From: Elusimicrobiota bacterium
Lineage (GTDB): Bacteria > Elusimicrobiota > Elusimicrobia > JACQPE01
Direction of reading: 5' to 3'
Assembly (NCBI GenBank): GCA_016207685.1
Contig: JACQPE010000004.1
Coordinates: 1,559 to 65,558, forward strand
Length of the DNA stretch: 64,000 nt
The notes below the pieces were generated by a model. That model made no database searches, was not told the DNA's origin, and worked only from the letters and a program-made list of their open reading frames with translations. Shown one piece after another: positions 28,205 to 37,055 of the stretch; position 1 is the stretch's first letter; every line of letters begins with the position of its first letter. The translations under genes were made by a program, and so were the position numbers.

Positions 28205-30589
28205 ATGAAAACACCCTCTGCAATAATGGCCCGCCTGGATTACGGCCCCAATCCCGAAACAACCAAAGTCCATTTTAAGCCGATTTATGATCTTTTTATT
28301 AACAATGAATGGGCGCCACCGATATCCGGAAAATACTATGACACCATCAATCCGGCCGCGGGCAAAGCGCTGGCCAAGATTGCCTGGGGCAATGAGCTTG
28401 ATATTGACCGCGCCGTCAAGGCCGCCCAAGAAGGATTTAAAACATGGAAATCTTATTCCCCCTCCGAGCGCAGCCGTCTGATCTTCGCTTTGGCCCGTAT
28501 CATCCAAGAACGCTCCCGCGAATTGGCCATTGCCGAAACGCTCAATAACGGTAAGCCCATTCGCGAATCGCGTGACATTGATATTCCATTGGCGGCGCGG
28601 CACTTTTTCTACCACGCGGGATGGGCCGACAAACTGGAATCAGCATTTGCCGATATTACGATCGCACCCCTGGGCGTTGTCGGTCAAATCATCCCTTGGA
28701 ATTTCCCCTTTCTCATGCTGGCTTGGAAAGTGGCTCCCGCATTGGCTGCCGGCAATGCCGTGATCTTAAAACCCGCGGAAACCACGCCCCTAACAGCGCT
28801 TTTATTTGCCGATATCTGCCGTGATGCAGGGCTGCCGCCAGGCACCGTTAACATCGTCACCGGGCACGGCGACACAGGCGCCGCCTTGGCCAACCACCCA
28901 GGCGTGGCCAAAATCGCTTTTACCGGTTCGACCGAAGTGGGGAAATTAATCCGCAAGGCCACGGCCGGTTCAGGCAAAAAACTGTCCCTCGAACTCGGCG
29001 GTAAATCCCCAACGATTATCTTCGAGGATGCGCCGCTCTATCAAGCCGTTGAAGGCATCGTGGACTCAATTTTCTTTAACCAAGGCCAGGTGTGCTGCGC
29101 CGGCTCCAGACTGTTGCTCGAAGAAAGCATCGCTCCCAAATTTATCGAACTTCTGAAAGACCGGATGGCCAAAATTCGCGTCGGCGACCCCATGGATAAA
29201 AATACGGATATGGGCGCCATTAACTCTCAAGATCAGCTTGATAAAATCCGCCATTACGCCAAAATCGGACAAGATGAGGGAGCCTGCTTGTGGCAAGCTC
29301 CTTGCGAGCTGCCCAAACAGGGTTTTTTCTTTCCCCCAACGATTTTTACGGAAGTTCAAACCACTCATACGATTGTTCAAGAAGAAATTTTCGGCCCGGT
29401 GCTTTCCATCCTGACATTCAGAACCGTGAACGAAGCCGTGGAACTGGCCAATAACACGCCCTATGGCCTGGCTGCGAGCGTCTGGACTAAAGATGTGTCC
29501 AAGATGGTGGCTGTATCGCGAACGCTCAAAGCGGGCACCGTCTGGGGCAATGGCACGAATAAATTCGATGCAGCCGCCGAATTCGGCGGACACAAAGAAT
29601 CCGGCTTTGGCCGCGAAGGCGGTTTGCAGGGACTATGGGAGTACTTGCAAGTTCAAAGTTCAAAGTCCGAAGTCCGAAGTCTCGATGAAATCTACCGCAA
29701 CGCCTCACCGCAACCCGCAACCCGCAACCCGCAACCCGCAACTCATGTATGGAAAACGCCGAAGATGCTCATCGGCGGCAAGCAGGTTCGCACGGAATCA
29801 GGCCGTTATTACAAAATCAACGCCGCCAACGGCCAAAAACTTCTTGCCGATGTTAATCAAGGCTCGCGTAAAGACATTAGAGATGCCGTTGAAGCGGCGC
29901 ATGCCGCTTTGCCTGGATGGTCCAAAACCACGGCCTACAATAGAGGCCAAATTCTCTACCGCATGGCCGAGATGCTTTCCTCCCGCGCCTCTGAATTCGC
30001 CCATGCCATTGCCGCCCAAACAGGGAGTTCCTGGGAAGATGCCGCAGGTGAAGTTTCCTTAACCATCCAACGCCTGCTCCACTATGCCGGCTGGTCGGAT
30101 AAATACACGGGGAGCGTCAATCCCGTGACACAAACGGACTTTAACATCACCTACCCGGAAGCCGTCGGCGTCGTCGCTTTATTCGCGCCCAACACCCGGC
30201 CCCTCTTGGGCCTCATCAGCAAATTAGCGCCCGCTTTTGCAGCCGGCAACACGAGCGTCGTCGTTGCCTCCGAGCAATTTCCCCTAAGCGCCACGGACTT
30301 TATTGAAATTTTAGACAGCTCGGACGTCCCTGCGGGCGTCATTAACATCATAACCGGATTGCATGAAGAACTCCTGCCCACTGTAGCCGAACACCGCGCC
30401 GTGGGCTTGATTGATGTTTCAGGACCCGCCGCACGGGTTAAAATAGCCGAGGAGCTTTCGATCAGCAACCTCAAACGCGTTTATCATGACCCGGAAATGC
30501 CGGATTGGACATCTCCCGAAGCCCAAGGCCGATTGTGGATGCGCCGCTACCTGGAATTTAAAACCGTCTGGATCACCAGCGGCTTTTAA
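28205..30589 (+). CDS. aldehyde dehydrogenase fused in frame to a second, truncated ALDH-like module
   Basis: module 1 complete (LSLELGGKSP, catalytic FFNQGQVCCAGSRLL, end ...GLWEYLQVQ); heptamer-encoded linker SSKSEVRS...PQPATRNPQPAT; module 2 from Met 29765 (MLIGGKQV...) has ALDH N-terminal/NAD-binding-like sequence but no catalytic Cys/Glu region. Confidence 0.7.
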   Translation: MKTPSAIMARLDYGPNPETTKVHFKPIYDLFINNEWAPPISGKYYDTINPAAGKALAKIAWGNELDIDRAVKAAQEGFKTWKSYSPSERSRLIFALARIIQERSRELAIAETLNNGKPIRESRDIDIPLAARHFFYHAGWADKLESAFADITIAPLGVVGQIIPWNFPFLMLAWKVAPALAAGNAVILKPAETTPLTALLFADICRDAGLPPGTVNIVTGHGDTGAALANHPGVAKIAFTGSTEVGKLIRKATAGSGKKLSLELGGKSPTIIFEDAPLYQAVEGIVDSIFFNQGQVCCAGSRLLLEESIAPKFIELLKDRMAKIRVGDPMDKNTDMGAINSQDQLDKIRHYAKIGQDEGACLWQAPCELPKQGFFFPPTIFTEVQTTHTIVQEEIFGPVLSILTFRTVNEAVELANNTPYGLAASVWTKDVSKMVAVSRTLKAGTVWGNGTNKFDAAAEFGGHKESGFGREGGLQGLWEYLQVQSSKSEVRSLDEIYRNASPQPATRNPQPATHVWKTPKMLIGGKQVRTESGRYYKINAANGQKLLADVNQGSRKDIRDAVEAAHAALPGWSKTTAYNRGQILYRMAEMLSSRASEFAHAIAAQTGSSWEDAAGEVSLTIQRLLHYAGWSDKYTGSVNPVTQTDFNITYPEAVGVVALFAPNTRPLLGLISKLAPAFAAGNTSVVVASEQFPLSATDFIEILDSSDVPAGVINIITGLHEELLPTVAEHRAVGLIDVSGPAARVKIAEELSISNLKRVYHDPEMPDWTSPEAQGRLWMRRYLEFKTVWITSGF
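29651..29685. repeat. heptamer array (GTYCRAA)x5 inside coding sequence
   Basis: gttcaaa gttcaaa gtccgaa gtccgaa gtctcga. Confidence 0.9.
29709..29743. repeat. heptamer array (CGCAACC)x5 inside coding sequence
   Basis: cgcaacc x4 then cgcaact; encodes PQPATRNPQPAT in the ALDH frame. Confidence 0.9.
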
Positions 30590-30612
30590 TCTCACGTAAA
30601 ATTTTCTCTTCA

Positions 30613-30652
30613 GGCGCACTCAAGACCAGGCGCCATTTTGTTTTTTGTTTTT
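30613..30652 (+). terminator. putative rho-independent terminator after the ALDH gene
   Basis: ggcgc-actcaagaccag-gcgcc stem-loop followed by a T-rich run (attttgttttttgttttt). Confidence 0.45.
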
Positions 30653-30692
30653 CTTCTCTGCCAGCCTCATGAAGAGCTAAAATGAGTCCATT

Positions 30693-31337
30693 ATGCTCCA
30701 TCCTGATTTAAAGGATATTATAACGAGCCGGTTTTTGCTGGGGGGCTTGATTATTGGATTTTTAAGCGCCACGCCCTTGGGCCCCATCGGCGTTCTGTGC
30801 ATCAATCGGACGTTAACTAAGGGCAAATCGGTCGGCGTCGCCTCCGGCTTCGGCACGGCGGCAGCCGACGCTATTTACAGTTGCGTGGCTGGATTCGGTC
30901 TGCGCCTGATAAGCGCCCTCATCAACGGCCAGCATTTCTGGTTTCGCCTGACCAGCGGCCTATTAATCTGCGGCTACGGTCTTAAAACATTCTTCGCCAA
31001 ACCGCCGCACCCTGCGGACAGACAACGCCTTAAAGGTCTTTTGAGCGCCTTCCTGTCCACATTCTTGCTAACTCTGGCCAACCCAACCATTATTATCAGC
31101 TTCATGGCCATATTTGCCGGTTTAGGGGTAGCCCATACGCACGGCAACCGCCTGCTGGCCGCAGAATTGGTGGGCGGTGTTTTCCTTGGCGCCCTTTTTT
31201 GGTGGGCGGCTTTCAACAGTTTAATCAGCGTATTCCCGGTAAAGCTCAATGACAACGGCCTCAAATGCTTTAACAAAGTCTCTGGCGTCGCGATTATCGG
31301 CCTAGGCCTTCTCGCGCAGTTCTTTTTAGAAACCTAG
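30693..31337 (+). CDS. LysE/RhtB family amino-acid exporter
   Basis: six-TM protein with N-terminus LGGLIIGFLSATPLGPIGVLCINRTLTKG typical of the LysE translocator family. Confidence 0.75.
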   Translation: MLHPDLKDIITSRFLLGGLIIGFLSATPLGPIGVLCINRTLTKGKSVGVASGFGTAAADAIYSCVAGFGLRLISALINGQHFWFRLTSGLLICGYGLKTFFAKPPHPADRQRLKGLLSAFLSTFLLTLANPTIIISFMAIFAGLGVAHTHGNRLLAAELVGGVFLGALFWWAAFNSLISVFPVKLNDNGLKCFNKVSGVAIIGLGLLAQFFLET

Positions 31338-31338
31338 C

Positions 31339-31366
31339 GGGGTCACATCTCTACATTTTACATTTT
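31339..31366. repeat. 28-nt intergenic element, copy 2 (ggggtcacatctctacattttacatttt)
   Basis: inverted copy of 16551..16578 (26/28 identical); it fills the gap between convergent LysE and HExxH genes. Confidence 0.85.
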
Positions 31367-31367
31367 G

Positions 31368-32135
31368 TCAACGATTAACGCTGACGGCTCGAATAAAATT
31401 ATCCTGGGGACTCCTGTCCTGGGTTAAACGCTCCAGGCCCAGCAGGTAATAAATTTTTGCCGCTTCCAGAGGAGCATCCCTTTCCAATTCTTCAAGAGCG
31501 CGCTCATTAAACCGGTAAGGCGAGACCGCTCGGTCAATGGTGGCGATTTGTTTCGGCGACAAAGACAAGGCCTCGCCGCCTTGGAAATCCCCCAGCGCAT
31601 CTTGACACGCGTCATAGTGGAGGTCCCGCAGGATTGCCGTTTCCCGAAGATCCCAGCCGCCCTCCAGGCAGAGGAGCCCTTGCGCCCAATGACGGCGCAA
31701 GGGCTCCTCAATGGCTGCTTCTCCCGCCAGCTCCTCGGCTTCGGCAAATCCCCCGATACCAAGTTCATGACTGAACAAATGCCACATTTCATGACGCAAT
31801 GTCCGCCATAAAAGCAGTCTCCGAATCTTCTGGTCGGCAATGAGCCGGAAATGAGGATGGATCAAAATTAAATCGCTTTCAGGATCATAGACGGCGGCGG
31901 CGCGTTCCCGGCGTTTCCCTTTAGTTTCAATCGGCTCATCGTTGTAGCGAACAAGAATGGGATTATCCTCGTCAACCACATTTTTAATCACTTGACCGAT
32001 AAAATCATCCGCCAAAATGATCCAGGTTAAATCTTCAGCTAAATAGGAATCGGGCGATTGAATCGCTTCCGGCAGGCTGGCCCATAAAAAACCTGGCGCC
32101 GCGGCCAACAGAACGACTCTCCGAAAAACCCTCAT
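31368..32135 (-). CDS. secreted protein with HExxH zinc-metallopeptidase-like motif
   Basis: signal peptide MRVFRRVVLLAAAPGFLWASL; LRHEMWHLFSHELG. Confidence 0.4.
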   Translation of the reverse strand: MRVFRRVVLLAAAPGFLWASLPEAIQSPDSYLAEDLTWIILADDFIGQVIKNVVDEDNPILVRYNDEPIETKGKRRERAAAVYDPESDLILIHPHFRLIADQKIRRLLLWRTLRHEMWHLFSHELGIGGFAEAEELAGEAAIEEPLRRHWAQGLLCLEGGWDLRETAILRDLHYDACQDALGDFQGGEALSLSPKQIATIDRAVSPYRFNERALEELERDAPLEAAKIYYLLGLERLTQDRSPQDNFIRAVSVNR

Positions 32136-32213
32136 ATAACATAGTCATATCCCTTAAAAGAGCATTTCCGCAAGGGAGCTTACCTATAAATTTTGGTGGG
32201 GGATAAAAATTTT

Positions 32214-33869
32214 TTATTTCGTTTCAAAAATGTAGACGCCGTCCCAATCAGCGTGGGGAGGCGCCTCTTGAAATCTCCGGCAGCGTTCAATATAAATTTT
32301 TGATGGAGCATCATCGGGTATATTGATAAGACACTGTTCAAAAGCCTTGAGCGCCTCGGGCCATCGGCGGTTACGATAATAAAGCACGCCGGCATCGAAA
32401 CGCTCCAGAAGCGCCTGTTGCGGCGCCGTCAAGCCGCCGCGCCTGGCTAATAACTCGTAAATTTTAATAGGCTGTTGTTTGCCTTTGACACGGACCACAT
32501 CGAGCTCCCGGCACTCGATGGCGTTTTTCGCCATAGCATAGGTGGTTTCCGAAATCGTCAGGAAGGTTCCGTAATTTTTACCCCCGGATTCAAGGCGTGA
32601 TCCTAAATTAACCGCATCACCCATGACCGTATAGCTCATGATGCCTTTGCTGCCTAAATTGCCGACCAACATCTCTCCGGAATTGACTCCGATGCGCACA
32701 TCAAGATGCGGCAGACCGCGCTTGGCCCAATCTTGATTTAAGACGCGCACGCGCTTCTGCATATCAAGACAGCAAAGCGCGGCCCTCGTCGCATGATCCG
32801 ACTGCTCCAATGGGGCACCCCAGAAGGCCATGACCAAATCGCCCTCAAACTTATCGAAAGTTCCCTTATGGTCAAGAATAATTTTGACCATATCATCAAA
32901 ATACTCATTAAGAAAAGAGACCAACTGGGTTGGTTTCATTTTTTCAGAGATGGTCGTAAATCCTGTCAAATCCGCAAAAATAACCGTCATTATGCGGACT
33001 TCACCGCCTAACCGAAGCTTGTTCGGGTCTTTCAAAACCTCATCCACAACCGAAGGGGCCACATAGCGTTTGAAAGTTTCCCTAATATGCTCACGATCGC
33101 GCAAACCCTTAATCATGTCATCAAAATGTTCTCCCAACACCGCAATCTCCCCGCGCCCGCTGGTGACGATTTTGGAATCCAAATCGCCGTGCTTGACGAT
33201 CGTCATGGCCTGCATTAAAGCGGCGATCGGACGATTAATTAAATAGGTCACCAACAAAGAAAGCGCCGCGGCCAAAACCAAAACCAAAATCGCCGTCGTC
33301 CCCACGGTCAACATCGTGCGGCGGGCCATTTGATCAATGATTTCGAGTTCCCCTGTCAACTCCTCATGTAGCGCTTTCTGAAAATTCTGAAGAGCCGCAT
33401 TAAGCTGCCGGGAGATTTCACCCAATTGAGCCAAATCGGCGGCCATGGCCCCAAAATCAGCTCCTTCAACCATATTGCGGGCGGCGCGCCCGCCGGTTTC
33501 TAGATAAGGAGGAAAAAGTTTTGATAATTCCTGGCTCGACGCCGCGCCTATAATCCCGAAGGAGAGCAGGCTTTTGAGCTTATCTTGAATTTCAATTCCC
33601 AATTGATGCGCCTTCTCCAACTTGCCGGTATTCTTGAACATAATGGCCGATGAATAAAGCTCTCCAAGATAACGGAAATCAGCATGGAGCTGCCGCCCTA
33701 GCTCATGCGCCGGATATACGGTCCCCTCCACATAGGCGGTCAATTCTCGCGTGCGCCGGCTGGATTGATACGCGACGGCAGTCGCCAAAAAAAATAGCGC
33801 CAAAAGCGCCGCGAAACTAATAAAAAGCTTATAGCGAAGCTTGAGAAAATCGGCAATTCGAGTTTTCAT
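32214..33869 (-). CDS. membrane sensor-HAMP class III adenylate/guanylate cyclase
   Basis: N-terminal TM/periplasmic segment and HAMP; cyclase homology domain MTVIFADLTGFT, KFEGDLVMAFWGAP, YTVMGDAVNLGSRLES; TPR-like C-terminal tail. Confidence 0.8.
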   Translation of the reverse strand: MKTRIADFLKLRYKLFISFAALLALFFLATAVAYQSSRRTRELTAYVEGTVYPAHELGRQLHADFRYLGELYSSAIMFKNTGKLEKAHQLGIEIQDKLKSLLSFGIIGAASSQELSKLFPPYLETGGRAARNMVEGADFGAMAADLAQLGEISRQLNAALQNFQKALHEELTGELEIIDQMARRTMLTVGTTAILVLVLAAALSLLVTYLINRPIAALMQAMTIVKHGDLDSKIVTSGRGEIAVLGEHFDDMIKGLRDREHIRETFKRYVAPSVVDEVLKDPNKLRLGGEVRIMTVIFADLTGFTTISEKMKPTQLVSFLNEYFDDMVKIILDHKGTFDKFEGDLVMAFWGAPLEQSDHATRAALCCLDMQKRVRVLNQDWAKRGLPHLDVRIGVNSGEMLVGNLGSKGIMSYTVMGDAVNLGSRLESGGKNYGTFLTISETTYAMAKNAIECRELDVVRVKGKQQPIKIYELLARRGGLTAPQQALLERFDAGVLYYRNRRWPEALKAFEQCLINIPDDAPSKIYIERCRRFQEAPPHADWDGVYIFETK

Positions 33870-33899
33870 TAACCGAGGTACCGTCTTGAGAATACTTGA

Positions 33900-34352
33900 T
33901 CACTCTTTGATAGTGATCACAAGCAGCGTCTTTAAACCGGCAATCTTCGATGCATCCGATGCCCACAGAAAACCCAGGGCATTGTGATCGGTTTGCAACG
34001 CCGCAACAAGCGCCTCGACGCCGGTTAGCGAAGAAGGCGGCGTGCCGCCATCTTGAAACACTTTTTTAATCCAATAACTCTGATAACCGTCTTCAGAAAC
34101 ACTTAAGACGGCTTTAAAAAACAATCCGCGCAAGCCTTTGGGCTCCTTAGTTTCCAGGGGCCGCAGCCGGTTCCCCTGGAGCATCACCTTCTCCCCCAAA
34201 AAAATATCCCGCGCTTCTTCTCTGGTCAGCGTTGAGGCGGGAAAACCGGGCCCGGCGACGATGGCAATTTCCTTGGACCAGAGAGAACCGCTCGCCATCA
34301 GCATGATACAAAGGACCGGTAAAAACCGCCCCATTAGAAGGAAAAGGCCCAC
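33900..34352 (-). CDS. small periplasmic PstS-like (PBP-fold fragment) protein
   Basis: signal peptide; segment TLTREEARDIFLGEKV resembles the conserved region of phosphate-binding proteins; only ~150 aa, so half a PBP fold at most. Confidence 0.35.
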   Translation of the reverse strand: MGLFLLMGRFLPVLCIMLMASGSLWSKEIAIVAGPGFPASTLTREEARDIFLGEKVMLQGNRLRPLETKEPKGLRGLFFKAVLSVSEDGYQSYWIKKVFQDGGTPPSSLTGVEALVAALQTDHNALGFLWASDASKIAGLKTLLVITIKE

Positions 34353-35461
34353 TGGAAGGCCACCTCCCGATAAATCTGTTCCCCGGCTGTGGCGCCGCCG
34401 GGCACCTCATAATAGCGGCCCTCCGCCTTAAGCGCCGAGCGCACATCCAAATTGTAGCGCACGCCGACAATATGCCGGGCATGATCTTGGGCGCTTGTGG
34501 GCAAAACTCCGGTCACAAAGTTTTGAGTCACGGAATTGCGGCGCAGGGCCATCACATAAGAACTCTCTTCCGCGGCGCGAACTTCTTCATAGCGGTAATA
34601 GGGCATAAACTTCTCCCGGAAGTTATAACCCACTTGGACAAAATAGGCCGCACTCGTTTGCGTGCCCGTAGCCTCGGAAACGCCCACGCCTTGATCGGCA
34701 ACCCTATAATACTCCGCAATAAACTCAACAGGCGCTTGCGCATGAAATAAATGCGCGCCGATGATCATTTGCCGGGTCTGCGTCAGCACGACCGAAGCCG
34801 CTGTGCGTTCCGTGATATTTGAACGATAGCCGGAAAAACCAAAACCTGAAAAGGGATGCGTCCGCGGCTTTGCGGTGACATTGAAAGAAACGGCCTTATC
34901 CGTATTGTCGTCGCCGACATTATTCGTCTGCATTCCGGACGTGGTGATCTGGGGGCCATTGCCGGCCATCAGACCGTAATGAAGCTTGAGGGGTCCTGCC
35001 GGCACCCTGCCTTCGGCCCAGAGTCCGTTAAAATGCGTCGGCAAAAACCCGCCGTCGTGTTCCCACTTCAAAAATTCCGGCCGGTCAACGCTCGTGTGCA
35101 AAATCAGTCCATGATGATAAGCTAAATTCCAGTAACCCAGCAAATTATGAAAACGCCCAACCCACAAGCGAAGCCCGTCATTAAAAAGATAGCCCGCCTG
35201 CAATCGCTCTAAATCAATACCGGCCAACCCTGTCTTATGAGGATGCACTGTGGTTTCGGCAAGGATATCAATTCGTTCATTAATACTGTCGGTCAGAAAT
35301 AAATCCACCGTTCCCTGGATAAAGCCGCCTGAATTTCCAGGTTTTGAAGACTCGACAAAATCCGCATTCCCAAATCCCCGAAACGTCAATGCGTGGCTCC
35401 GCAACGGCAAAACAACAAACGTTCCCAACATGACCGCTGCCAACTGCCATTGTTTACTCAT
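34334..35461 (-). CDS. outer-membrane beta-barrel porin-like protein
   Basis: signal peptide MSKQWQLAAVMLGTFVVLPLRSHA; alternating amphipathic strands; C-terminal aromatic end ...AFQWAFSF. Confidence 0.45.
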   Translation of the reverse strand: MSKQWQLAAVMLGTFVVLPLRSHALTFRGFGNADFVESSKPGNSGGFIQGTVDLFLTDSINERIDILAETTVHPHKTGLAGIDLERLQAGYLFNDGLRLWVGRFHNLLGYWNLAYHHGLILHTSVDRPEFLKWEHDGGFLPTHFNGLWAEGRVPAGPLKLHYGLMAGNGPQITTSGMQTNNVGDDNTDKAVSFNVTAKPRTHPFSGFGFSGYRSNITERTAASVVLTQTRQMIIGAHLFHAQAPVEFIAEYYRVADQGVGVSEATGTQTSAAYFVQVGYNFREKFMPYYRYEEVRAAEESSYVMALRRNSVTQNFVTGVLPTSAQDHARHIVGVRYNLDVRSALKAEGRYYEVPGGATAGEQIYREVAFQWAFSF

Positions 35462-35504
35462 TAGTCAACATCATAAAAAAAATAGAGGTCAGTCAACCGT
35501 TTCT

Positions 35505-37055
35505 TCACGTCTTCCATTTAGAAAGATACTTGCGGCATATCTCGCGATCATCAAAATGGACTCTTCTGTCGCGAAAAATTTGATAAGTTTCATGCCCTTT
35601 ACCGGCGACAAGCACGCAGTCTTCCGATTGCGCCTGGAAAATGGCGTATCGAATCGCTCTCCGGCGATCAACAAAATGAACGAAATTCCGGCGTCCTTCG
35701 GATTCGGGTCCTTTGATCATCATATCGATGATACGCCTAGGGTCCTCGCTGCGTGGATTATCCGAGGTAAATACGGCCAGATCAGCCAAACGGGACGCCA
35801 GGGCCCCCATGATCGGACGTTTACCCGGATCGCGATCGCCGCCGCAGCCGATCACAACAATGAGACGCCCTTTCCGGGGCAGAGCGCGCAATGCTTCGAT
35901 AACATTTTTAAGCGCTTCCGGTTTGTGCGCGTAGTCCACCAGAACCAGGGGTTGCCCATATTTTGAAATTTTCTCCAGCCTCCCGGGAACACCCTTGAGC
36001 GCAGCTATTCCACGGGCAATGGCCCGCCAAGACATTCCCAGGGACCGGCACGCCGCGGCCGCGGCCAGAGCATTGACGGCATTATAAGAACCGATCAAAG
36101 GGAGCGCTGTTTTCATTCTTTCTTTTCCAGCGGCGATCTCGCAATCCGTATGATCAAAAAAGGGACTAACTCTTTTGAGGCAAAAATCGCTCTTCTTGTT
36201 CACGCCGCCGCCAAACAACAAAGGCTTTGCTGTTTTCTCTGATAATAACTTCCGGTAAAGCTTACGGCCCCACGCATCGCCCATATTGACAAGCGCCATT
36301 TTTCCAGTCTTGGATGATTTCTTAAGAAGCCGGGTGAATAACTGCTCCTTGGCGGCAAAGTATTGCCCCATTGTTTGATGGTAATCCAAATGATCCCGGC
36401 TCAAATTCATGAACACGGCCCTATCAAAATGAAGTCCCTCGAGCCTGCCCCGATGAATCGCCTGAGAGGTCGCTTCCATGAAACAAAACCGGCATTTGGC
36501 GTAGACCATGCGCGCCAACATGGAAATAATCTCATCCGGCTGCGGTGTCGTGAGGGTCGCTGGAAAAATTCGTCCATTAATTCGGTTGCTCACGGTCCCC
36601 AAAACGCCGCACGGCCATCCCTGGGCCCTGGCGATTGCCTCCATCAGGTAACACACCGTTGTCTTGCCGCTGGTGCCCGTGACAGCTACCAATTTGATTT
36701 TTTTTGAAGGATCGTCATAAACCCAATTGGCCAACTCATGGAGCCATTCTCGCAGCCGAGGCCCTTGATAAACAGGAACGTCGCGCATCGAGGCCTCTTC
36801 ACGAAGATTCTTCATAATCTTTGGAGGCGCCGATGGCTCCACCAAAACCGCGCAGGCGCCGTCCCTAATGGCCTGCAAGGCATAACATGCGCCATGGGTT
36901 TGAGCGCCGGCCAAGGCGCAAAACACGGTGCCAGGAGCCACGCGGTTCGAATCGGAACTGACGTGGGCAATGGCACGATCAACAGGCGACTCCACAAAAG
37001 GTTGAAGCCTGTCTCCAAAATGCCTTATGAGCGCGACTAATGTTTTTTTTCTCAT
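35505..37055 (-). CDS. murE: UDP-N-acetylmuramoyl-L-alanyl-D-glutamate--2,6-diaminopimelate ligase
   Basis: P-loop VAVTGTSGKTTVCYLM; 4-nt overlap with ftsI. Confidence 0.85.
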   Translation of the reverse strand: MRKKTLVALIRHFGDRLQPFVESPVDRAIAHVSSDSNRVAPGTVFCALAGAQTHGACYALQAIRDGACAVLVEPSAPPKIMKNLREEASMRDVPVYQGPRLREWLHELANWVYDDPSKKIKLVAVTGTSGKTTVCYLMEAIARAQGWPCGVLGTVSNRINGRIFPATLTTPQPDEIISMLARMVYAKCRFCFMEATSQAIHRGRLEGLHFDRAVFMNLSRDHLDYHQTMGQYFAAKEQLFTRLLKKSSKTGKMALVNMGDAWGRKLYRKLLSEKTAKPLLFGGGVNKKSDFCLKRVSPFFDHTDCEIAAGKERMKTALPLIGSYNAVNALAAAAACRSLGMSWRAIARGIAALKGVPGRLEKISKYGQPLVLVDYAHKPEALKNVIEALRALPRKGRLIVVIGCGGDRDPGKRPIMGALASRLADLAVFTSDNPRSEDPRRIIDMMIKGPESEGRRNFVHFVDRRRAIRYAIFQAQSEDCVLVAGKGHETYQIFRDRRVHFDDREICRKYLSKWKT

